Assembly (NCBI GenBank): GCA_964477695.1
Contig: CAYZFN010000228.1
Location: 10,281 to 74,280, forward strand
Direction: 5' to 3'
DNA: 64,000 bases
Source of the DNA: an uncultured Enterobacteriaceae bacterium
Lineage (GTDB): Bacteria > Pseudomonadota > Gammaproteobacteria > Burkholderiales > SG8-39
Part shown: piece by piece, positions 17,121-25,700 of the stretch
How the letters are laid out: each line of letters starts with the position of its first letter
Numbering within the stretch: position 1 is the first letter of the stretch
Made by a program: the position numbers and the translations under genes
The notes under the pieces: generated by a model
What the model was told of the DNA's origin: nothing
The model's input: the letters and a program-made list of their open reading frames with translations, nothing else
Database searches by the model: none

Positions 17121-18584
17121 ATGCTGCAGATCGACCGCCTGTCGCTCCAGGTGCGCAGCGCGGCCGCGCCGGAGCGTGCGGAGCGCCTCGCGCGTCGTCT
17201 GCGCGATGCAGCGGTATCCGGCATCGAGCGCAACCGCATTGCCGGCGCCCCGCCCGGCTCGCCCGCCTATCTGTTCGTCGATCGCCTTGCCTTCGCCTGC
17301 ATGGTGAGCAGCGACTGGGACGACGCGACGATCGGCGCGGCGGTGGCACGCGCGCTCGCTGGTGCACTCGCGCGGAGCCTCGAGCTCGAGGAGACCGTGG
17401 CGTTCCGGGACCGCACCGAGCTCCTCGCCGCGTTCTATTCCGCGCTGGCGGAGGGACGCGCCTGGGAGCGCTGGTGGTTCGAGGAGTTCGATGGGCTGAA
17501 GGCGCTTGCGGCTTCCGCCGCGCTGCGCACCTCGCTGATCAACGAGCGCGACGACGGCGTCGCTGCGCTCGCGCGGCTCACGGAACACTGCTTTTGTAGC
17601 GTAATGGCCGTACTCAGTGCGGGCGACGCCAGGCGTCTGCTCGAGTGGTTCACGGCGCGGCATGCGAGCGCGCGCGTCCCTGTGCTCTCTCTCTGGAAGG
17701 CGTCCGCTGCACTCGTCGCGAATTCAAGCAACGCAGTGGCAACCCTGCGCGCAGTTCTCGCGCTCGAGCGCACCACGCCGGGCGCCGCTGGCCGCGAGAC
17801 GCTGCGCGCGTTGCAGGCTATGGCGGCGTTGCGGACAGCGGCGCTGCGCGGCGAGCTGGATCTGCCGCGGCACGCCGGCTCGGCCATCGCAATCGATCTG
17901 CGGGACGCGGCCGCGAAGCTTGCCATTGGGAGCGAGTGGCTGGAAGCCCTTGGTGAAGACGACGCCGGGGCGATCTCGGACGAGCTCATTTGCCTCGCGG
18001 CCGGCGCGCCCCCTTCGGAGACGGCATCGGAACAGGCCAATCCGGTAAGGATGCGCGAGCGCCTCTTCACGCCGCACGGCGGCGCGTTCGTGCTGCTGAA
18101 GGCGCTCGACTGGCTCGGCTGGCCGAGGTCATGGGCTTCTTCCGGCCCTGGCCGGGACGAATTGGTCCGCGCGCTCTCTTGGGCGCTCGCGGTGCGCGCG
18201 CTCGTACCGCACGGCGCGCGCCAAGCGCTGAGTGATCCCGTGTTGCATGCGGCGTTCGGCCTCGAGCAGCCGCTCGCGGTCCTGAAACGCAATCGCAGGG
18301 AAGCAACCCAGGCGTTGAACCAGCGTTCTATCGTGAAAGCGGCCGACGAGCTGCTCGCCCAGTTCGCGAGCCGGGTTCCAGGCCTCGCGGGAGCGTCGGC
18401 CGGATACCTGCGGCGCAATGCGCTCGCGCTGCCCGCGAGCGTCGAGCTGCACGGCGAGCGCTGCGTGGTGCGGCTCGGCCGTGCGCCGCTGGATGTGCTC
18501 CTTGTCCTCGCCGGCGCGAAAACCGGGCGCATCGCGCTGCCCGGCGGCCCGACCCTCGAGCTGCGCGCGGAGGGTGGAGCGTGA
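17121..18584 (+). CDS. Ala/Leu/Arg-rich hypothetical protein (487 aa); positional candidate for the Afp14/Pvc14-like tail-length determinant
   Basis: ATG 17121, 3 nt after the fibre stop; its stop overlaps the GTG of the ATPase gene (GTGA 18581-18584). Composition suggests a helical protein. The call is positional only. Confidence 0.45.
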   Translation: MLQIDRLSLQVRSAAAPERAERLARRLRDAAVSGIERNRIAGAPPGSPAYLFVDRLAFACMVSSDWDDATIGAAVARALAGALARSLELEETVAFRDRTELLAAFYSALAEGRAWERWWFEEFDGLKALAASAALRTSLINERDDGVAALARLTEHCFCSVMAVLSAGDARRLLEWFTARHASARVPVLSLWKASAALVANSSNAVATLRAVLALERTTPGAAGRETLRALQAMAALRTAALRGELDLPRHAGSAIAIDLRDAAAKLAIGSEWLEALGEDDAGAISDELICLAAGAPPSETASEQANPVRMRERLFTPHGGAFVLLKALDWLGWPRSWASSGPGRDELVRALSWALAVRALVPHGARQALSDPVLHAAFGLEQPLAVLKRNRREATQALNQRSIVKAADELLAQFASRVPGLAGASAGYLRRNALALPASVELHGERCVVRLGRAPLDVLLVLAGAKTGRIALPGGPTLELRAEGGA

Positions 18585-20758
18585 ACGCACCGCTGAACGT
18601 GCAAGCAGCGCATGACGGTCCGCGCGCCGCGCGCGCCGCGCTCGACGCCGAGCTCGCGCGGCTCGACCTGCTCCTGCAGCGCGAGATCCTGCGCCTGCGC
18701 GCGCGCTACGAGCTGACGCTCGACGAGTTCCGGGGCCTTTACATCAGCGACCGCGCCGTAGACGAGCTGATCCGCGCCGCGCGCCGCGGCGACGCCGATC
18801 CGAGCGCCGAGGCGCTGACCGAGCGCGCGCGGGCCATCCTCGGCGAGCGCGAGCTCGCGCCCTTCGACGCCGCCACCCCGTGGGCCGCCCTGGCGCGCGC
18901 ACTCTGCCTGTCGAACGCCGAGCGGGATCTGGTGCTGCTGGCGCTCGCGCCCGAGCTCGAGCCGAAATACGAGACGCTGTTCGCCTATCTCAACAACGAC
19001 GTCACCCGCAAGCTCGGCACCGCGGAGCTTGCCGGGCGGCTGTTCGCCGACTCGGTGGAGGAGCGCGTCGCGCTGCGCGGCTGCCTCGCGCCGGACGCGC
19101 CGCTGATGGCGCTCGGCATCCTCGAGTTCGCGCCGGCGACACGCGATGCGCCGCGCGCGCAGCGCGGGCTGCGCCTCGCAGCGCCGCTCGTCGACTGGCT
19201 GCAGGGATTGCCGTACGTCTCGGAGCGGCTGGTGGGCATCGCGCGCCTCTCGCGCCAACAGAGCACGGTTTCGCTGCCGTCGCCCCACGCGGCGTACTAC
19301 GCGGCCGGGGACGTCTTTCCGGTACTGGTTGTAACGGCTTCCAGCGCCGAGGAAGCGCAGGACGACGCCGATCGCGGCCTCACCGTTGCCGGCGAATCGG
19401 TGCTGATGCTCGACCTGCGCGCGCTCCGCAGCGCGCAAGCCCCTATGGAGATCGGCTGCGCAGTGGAGCAGATGTGCGCGCTCTTCGGCCTGACGCTGCT
19501 TGCCGCGCCGCTCGATGCCGTGTTCGACGCCGAGGGACGCCCGCTAGAGGCGCCCGCGGCCGCGATGGAGCGCCTGTGTGTGCGGGCACGGCGCGTGGTG
19601 CTGGCCGGCGGCGCATCGCTGAGATGGCGGGAAGTGGTGGGCCGCCAGTCACGCGCGGCGCGCGCCGTGGAGCTGCGTCTGCCGCCGAGCGACGCGCTGC
19701 AGCGCGCCGCAGCCTGGCGCGAGACGCTCGGGCCGCACGCGGCCGATTTCGACGTCGAGGCGCTCGCCGACCGCTTCGCCCTCAGCGTGACGCGCATCGG
19801 CATCGCCGCGCAGCGCGCTTTCGATCGCGCCGGCTTCGATGGTCGCGCCGCGCCGACGCAGCAGGAGCTCTTCGAAGCGGCACGCGCCGCCTCGGCCGAG
19901 GGGGCCGAAGGTGTCGTGCGGCAGCTGCCGACACCCTTCTCCTGGGACGACCTGGTGGTGCCGCCGAACGTGCGCCAGCGGCTCGACGATGTGGTGCGCG
20001 CGATCGAGCTGCGGCCGAAAGTCCTCGACCAGTGGGGCTTCGCGCGCCGCACGGCGGGCGCGCGCGGCGTGAAGGTCATGTTCGCCGGCGCGAGCGGTAC
20101 CGGCAAGACCATGGCCGCGGCGATCGTTGCCCGCGCCCTCGGCCTGGAAGTGCACCGCGTGCAGCTCGCTTCCGTGGTCTCGAAGTACATCGGCGAGACC
20201 GAGAAGAACCTCGACCGCGCCTTCGACGCGGCAAACCGCTCCAACGCGGTGCTGTTCATCGACGAGGCCGACGCGCTGTTCGGCAAGCGCTCCGAGGTGA
20301 AGGACGCGCACGACCGCTACGCCAACGTCGAGACCGCGTACCTGCTGCAGAAGATGGAGGACCACGACGGCATCGTCATCCTCGCCACCAACCTCGCCGA
20401 CAACATCGACGAGGCCTTCTCGCGGCGCATGCATTTCGTGGTCGAGTTCCCGCTGCCCGATGCGGCGAGCCGCGAGCGCCTGTGGCGCGGCATGTTCCCC
20501 GCCGAAGCGCCGCGCGCCGCGAACGTCGATTTCCCTTTCCTCGCGCGCCAGTTCACGCTGGCCGGCGGCGACATCCGCAACATCGTGCTGGACGCGGCTT
20601 ACGCCGCGGCGCAGCGCAGCGCACCGATCGCAATGGGCGACCTGCTGCGCGCCGTGGCGCGCCAGCACGAGAAGCGCGGCAAGGTTCCGGGCGCGAGCGA
20701 GTTCCGCGAGTACTTCGATCTGCTCGGTAAGGCCGCCGATGTCGAACGGCAAGACTAA
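18581..20758 (+). CDS. AAA+ ATPase, Afp15/Pvc15-like (eCIS assembly/cargo-loading ATPase)
   Basis: Walker A GASGTGKT, Walker B VLFIDEADALFGKR, then ANVETAYLLQKMEDHDGIVILATN and FSRRMHFVVEFPLPD. Has a long N-terminal extension as in eCIS ATPases. Confidence 0.9.
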   Translation: MNAPLNVQAAHDGPRAARAALDAELARLDLLLQREILRLRARYELTLDEFRGLYISDRAVDELIRAARRGDADPSAEALTERARAILGERELAPFDAATPWAALARALCLSNAERDLVLLALAPELEPKYETLFAYLNNDVTRKLGTAELAGRLFADSVEERVALRGCLAPDAPLMALGILEFAPATRDAPRAQRGLRLAAPLVDWLQGLPYVSERLVGIARLSRQQSTVSLPSPHAAYYAAGDVFPVLVVTASSAEEAQDDADRGLTVAGESVLMLDLRALRSAQAPMEIGCAVEQMCALFGLTLLAAPLDAVFDAEGRPLEAPAAAMERLCVRARRVVLAGGASLRWREVVGRQSRAARAVELRLPPSDALQRAAAWRETLGPHAADFDVEALADRFALSVTRIGIAAQRAFDRAGFDGRAAPTQQELFEAARAASAEGAEGVVRQLPTPFSWDDLVVPPNVRQRLDDVVRAIELRPKVLDQWGFARRTAGARGVKVMFAGASGTGKTMAAAIVARALGLEVHRVQLASVVSKYIGETEKNLDRAFDAANRSNAVLFIDEADALFGKRSEVKDAHDRYANVETAYLLQKMEDHDGIVILATNLADNIDEAFSRRMHFVVEFPLPDAASRERLWRGMFPAEAPRAANVDFPFLARQFTLAGGDIRNIVLDAAYAAAQRSAPIAMGDLLRAVARQHEKRGKVPGASEFREYFDLLGKAADVERQD

Positions 20759-22769
20759 GGTACGGGCGTCGCAGAACCAGCCGGCGACGGCGGCGCCGAT
20801 TCCCCTCCAGCCGCTTGCGCCTGCGACGACGCCGCCTTCCGCAGGCAACCTGCAAACGTCGCGCGCGCTTGCGCCGCTTGAGCCCGACCCGCTGGCGCCC
20901 GATATCAAAGCGCGCAGCGCCGCCGAGGAGCGCGACCTGCCGAAACTGGGATTCGCCATGGGCAAGGGATCGTCGATCGAGGTCGGCGTCGATCCAACCG
21001 TGCTGATGCTCGGCCCGCGCACCCTTTTCCATGTCGCCGTTACCGCCAGCGGCAACAAAGGCATGGTCGATACGACGACCGACATCACGCTTCGCATGGA
21101 CCCGGAACAGCGCTTCGATTACGTGCCGGTCGGATCGGCTCAAGGGCGGGCAACCGGAAGCGTGACGACCATCGAAGGTCAGATGCCCGCCACGATCGGA
21201 CCTTCGAAGGCCGTGCCGACCTACCCGGTCGCGCTCGAGTACCGGCGCTCGCTTCACCTTACCGACCGCGACGGCCGGGACTGCATGGTGTCGGTGCAGT
21301 CGACGATGTATTTCACATACGACACGTGGAAGACCATGACCGCTGGGCGCACGCCCTCGCTCGACACGCTGCAGTCCCTCGCGGGCGATTTCGCCCTTAC
21401 CGGCGTGCAGATCAGAGGCTATAGCAAGGTGCTGGAGTACCACGCGGGCGCGCTGAGCAAAGAGCTGACGATCGCGCGCGCCATTGCCGACGCCGAGGCG
21501 ATCCTCGAAAACGACGACAGCCTGAAGGACGCGGCGGGGCTGCCGAAGACATTCATTGCCCTCGGCGAGACGGCCGGCGGGCAGTTCGAAAGCCTGGAAG
21601 CGGTTCTGAAGCGTCTGGACGACAAGGAGCTCGAGCGCCGTGCGAACGAGGAGGCGGTGACTCTGTCGGGGGGCGCCGTCGATCCCGAGGACAACCCGCC
21701 ACCGTGGGCCGAGGGAATGGCGAACGCGCTGGGGAAGGCCCTTCTTGTAATCGGTGCCGTGATTGTCGCCGCTTTCGTGATCAGCTTGTTGCCCGAGATC
21801 ACTTTCGGCATGGCGCTGGCGTGGATCGGCGCCTCGATCCTTGCCGGCTCATTCCTGAGTTCGCTCATCAACCGCATTCGCGAGGCGGTAGATGAAGGGA
21901 TCAGCAACCCCGCATCGGTGCTGAGCAGTGCCGTGCTCGATACGATCGGCATCGGCGGACTCTACGAGTCGATCACCGACCGATCGCTGCTTTCGGGACG
22001 GGATCTGCACCGCAGCGAAGAGGAGCGCTGGGAAGAAGGAACGAGCGGAGCGCTTACGTTCGTCATGACACTGTTCGGCACGCGTTCTACCGCGAAGCGG
22101 ATGTGGCGCGCGCCGGAGCCGCCGAGACCCGCGGCACCGAGCCCGGAACCCGCTCCCGCGCCGGAGCCGACACCGGCACCCGCAACGCCCAGCACGCCGC
22201 CCGGCCAATACACGCCGCGCGCAGGGCCGCAGTTCGTCGACGCTGCGCAGCTGGAGCGCTTGCCCGCAGACGTCGTCGAGTCGCGCGGTGCGCATCCTCC
22301 TCGGCAAGGTGCGACGCACACGGACCCGTTCAGCGGCGGGACCTACCGCGACAGCGATGTCATGTCCCGGGCAAAGACAGCGCGCTCGCTTCGCACCGGA
22401 ATCGACGCAGCGAGGGCCGAGCGCCTCGCCTATGAAGATGGCAAGGCGCGCCACTATATCGGCCTGAGAGAGCCGGGACATGCGAACGCGCCGGGACCGG
22501 ATTGCCTCTGGGCGCGCCGCAATCCGACCACGGGTCTCATGGAGATCGTGTTCGGCGACGCGACCGTCGACCCGGGCAAGACTCCGTATCGGACGCCGCC
22601 GGCCACATGGGTAGCTGAGGCAGGTCAGGCAATCCAGCAGGGTGTGCTCGACCTCGGCGACGCGGCGCTCGAGGCGGAAATCCGGACCGCCTTCGCCGCG
22701 GGGCGGTTCGTCGTCGAGACCACGCTCGTAGAGCTGCTGCCCGACGGCGTGCGCTTCACGCCGCTCTAG
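20739..22769 (+). CDS. Candidate eCIS cargo/effector 1 (676 aa): disordered leader, AGNLQT motif, hydrophobic segment, Pro-rich linker, unknown C-terminal domain
   Basis: ATG 20739 chosen; the track's 20460 start lies out of frame inside the ATPase gene. Features: MSNGKTKVRASQNQPATAAPIPLQ... leader, AGNLQTSRAL (20841-20870), TM-like LLVIGAVIVAAFVISLL / MALAWIGASILAGSFL, and PEPPRPAAPSPEPAPAPEPTPAPATPSTPP. Confidence 0.55.
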   Translation: MSNGKTKVRASQNQPATAAPIPLQPLAPATTPPSAGNLQTSRALAPLEPDPLAPDIKARSAAEERDLPKLGFAMGKGSSIEVGVDPTVLMLGPRTLFHVAVTASGNKGMVDTTTDITLRMDPEQRFDYVPVGSAQGRATGSVTTIEGQMPATIGPSKAVPTYPVALEYRRSLHLTDRDGRDCMVSVQSTMYFTYDTWKTMTAGRTPSLDTLQSLAGDFALTGVQIRGYSKVLEYHAGALSKELTIARAIADAEAILENDDSLKDAAGLPKTFIALGETAGGQFESLEAVLKRLDDKELERRANEEAVTLSGGAVDPEDNPPPWAEGMANALGKALLVIGAVIVAAFVISLLPEITFGMALAWIGASILAGSFLSSLINRIREAVDEGISNPASVLSSAVLDTIGIGGLYESITDRSLLSGRDLHRSEEERWEEGTSGALTFVMTLFGTRSTAKRMWRAPEPPRPAAPSPEPAPAPEPTPAPATPSTPPGQYTPRAGPQFVDAAQLERLPADVVESRGAHPPRQGATHTDPFSGGTYRDSDVMSRAKTARSLRTGIDAARAERLAYEDGKARHYIGLREPGHANAPGPDCLWARRNPTTGLMEIVFGDATVDPGKTPYRTPPATWVAEAGQAIQQGVLDLGDAALEAEIRTAFAAGRFVVETTLVELLPDGVRFTPL

Positions 22770-22770
22770 G

Positions 22771-25700
22771 ATGAGCGCGCCTGGCAAAGGCACGAGCAAC
22801 GCGGCGAAGGCGACACCGGCAGCGGCCACGCCGTCGCGCGCACCGGCGGCCTCGGCGTCGAAGGCGCCGACGATTCAAGCCGCGGGCAACCAGCAGACGC
22901 TGAACGTGCTCGGGCTTCGCTCGCCGCTCGGCATCCCGGTGGGCTCGCCCGGCGATGCGCACGAGCGCGAAGCCGACGAGGTGGCGGCGAAAGTCACCAG
23001 CCGCTCACCGCTGCCGGCGATCGGCGCCGCGCCGTTCTCGGTGCAGCGCAAGTGCACGAGTTGCGGCAGTCCGATGCCGGCAGCGCCGCACTTGCCCCGC
23101 TCCGGCCAGCCGCTTCCGGCCGACACGCGCGCCTACTTCGAGCCCCGCTTCGGCCGCGACTTCTCGAACGTGCGCGTGCACAGCTATCCCGTGGCGTCGG
23201 AAGGCAGCCGTCAGATCGGCGCGCGGGCCTTTACGCTCGGTACGGACATCGCCTTCGCTTCCGGCGAGTTCTCTCCCGAGAGCGCTTCGGGACAGCGATT
23301 GCTCGCGCACGAGCTCACGCACGTGGTGCAGCAGGAAGGCGGGCGAGCGCGCGTGCAGGCGGACGGCAAGCTCACCGAAGAAGACTTCGTGGTGATCCGC
23401 AAGTGGATCGAGGCAGGCGGCAGCTCGCTCGGCCTGCCCGATCCGAAGCTGCCATTGCCGACGCGGCAGCAGTTCCACCAATGGCGCTTCCAGTTCGGCC
23501 AGGCCACCGGCGTCGATCCGCTCACGCCGTTTGGCATGCCGCCCGCACGGCAGGACTATTCCGACGTCTGCCCGAACTGCCACCAGCGGCCCTGGGAAAT
23601 CCGCGCCGAGCGGGAGCGTCGGCGGGCGGAGGCGCAAGCCAAGGAGAAACAGCGCCAGCGCGAGGCGGCATGGCCGGGAATGCACCAGGCGCAGCACGAG
23701 GGCGAGCTCGCCGAACAGGCGGCGACGCTCGCCGAGGACGTCGAGACCAGCAAGCTCACCGTAGCGCAGCTGCGCCTGCAGCTCTTCGATCGCGCGCTGG
23801 CGAGGGGCACGGGCGCCGGCACGGCACCGGCGAACACGCAAATCACCGCCGCGATGCGCGATCGCTGGGCCGAAGCGGAGCAGGCCACCATCGTGCTGGA
23901 ATCGCTGTTCGTCGCGACCGCCGACGAGCTGACGAGCGAGGTTGCCGATCACGTGCGCGGCCCCTATCGCGGCTTCTACGCCACGCTCGACCCGCTGCTT
24001 GCGGCGCGCGATCTCCAGGAGCAGCGGACGAGGCAATTCGAGCAGCGAATCGCGCGCGAGCGGCAGACGTGTCCGACCGGGGCGTGCCACCAGCCGGTGC
24101 AATCGCGGCCGCAGTTTTCGGGATTCCGCGATCTCTCGCCGCAGCTCGCACCGCAGTTCGGGGCGTTCTCCGGCTTCACCCAACCCAGGCCGCTCGCCGG
24201 GCAGGAGATCGACCTTTTCGCGGCGTTCGGTGAGCGAGGACCGCGCAGCACCCGGCTCGCCGAAGCAAAGGTGCGCAACGAGAAGGCGGTGACACGCGAG
24301 GCCTGGAAACAGGTGATCCAGGACTACCGCTGGGCGGTCGCGCTCATCGACGAGCAGCTGCGCGCCGAGCTCTCGTCCGACGAGCAAGCGCGCGACATGC
24401 TCGAGCAGTTCCAGTACGCGCAGGACCTGCTCGGGCGCCAGCAGAACTTCCTGCGCGACCACCCCGACGCGCTGAAGGTGCGGGCCATCTTCTACCCGAA
24501 GAACGAGTTCATAGAGAAGACCGACGACAAAGGTGTGAAGAGCGAGGTGGCGAAGGGCATCCCGTGGCAGTTCTACCTCACGCGCACCCCCTGGGACGAC
24601 CCGCGCACGGTGCCCGGGGACTACGAGTGGCAACTGCACGACATCACGGCGCCCGTCCGCCCGGACCGCACCGTCAAGCGTCGCTACCGGATGGGCGGCG
24701 ACATCGAAGCGCTTGCGCACGAGCGCCTCGACCGCAAGCCGATCTGGGAGATGGACCCGCCGCGCGAGCTCTACGAGGAGCTCAACCACAAGGATTTCTT
24801 CCCGGAGGGCGAGCTGTACTGGATCTCGCCCATCACGGGAAAGAAGGACCACATCACCACCACTGCCTCCTGGACCTTCGGCGACTGGCTGAAGGCGATC
24901 GGCATGACCATCGCCATCCTCGGCAGCCTGATCTTTCCCCCGCTCAGCGCGGCGATGGTCGCCGCGGTTCTCGTCGGCACCACGCTCTCCATCGCCGGCA
25001 CCCTGCACCGGCTGCACGAGCAGCAGGAGCACGGCGTGGCAACCGCTGCCGACGTTGAGCGGGCAGCCTGGGACATCGTGCTCGACCTCGCGGCCATGGT
25101 GACGCTCGGGCTGGGCAAGATCGCGGTGGCCGCGCGCGCCGCGGGCGCGCTGCGCGTCGCGCAAGGCGCCGCTCGCGCCTACGTGGTCATGAAGCGCCTT
25201 AGCGTCGGATTCGACCTGATCAATCTAGGCGTCGTCACCCACGACTTCGTGGCGCAGTACCAGGCGATCCAGGGCTCGAAGATGACCGACGAGCAGAAGA
25301 AGGCCGCGCTCACCAAGCTGGTCATGTTCTCGCTGTTTTCCACCGCCCTGATCATCGTGCCGCTGCGCTCGAGCATCAAGGACCTGCGCAAAGGCGCGGC
25401 GCTCCACCTCGACGTGGATCCGGCCAATCCCAACCGGTTCGTCGCCGACTTGGAGCCCGGCGCCGACGCGGCCGGGCATGTCGCGACGCGCTCGACCGAC
25501 AAGGCGCACATCGTCGAACGCACGCGCTTCACGCATCCCGAAACCGGCGAAGAGCACAGCTTCGCCGTGTGGAGCGACGGCCGCATCACCCGCTGCAGCG
25601 AGACCCCTTGCCTGACCATCGCCGAGAGCGTGCTCACACGCCTGGACGAGCTGCGCGAGCGCATGCCGAAGAAGAGCCCGAGCCTCGGCGAGCTGCAGAA

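Noticed and set aside
15015-17663. 882-aa - strand ORF across fibre gene 3.
   Set aside because: Antisense artefact. The + strand has fibre repeats and the S74 chaperone signature.
20460-20738. Upstream start (20460) for effector 1 given by the track.
   Set aside because: That stretch lies out of frame inside the AAA+ ATPase gene and translates to Arg/Ser/Ala junk. ATG 20739 begins the plausible leader.
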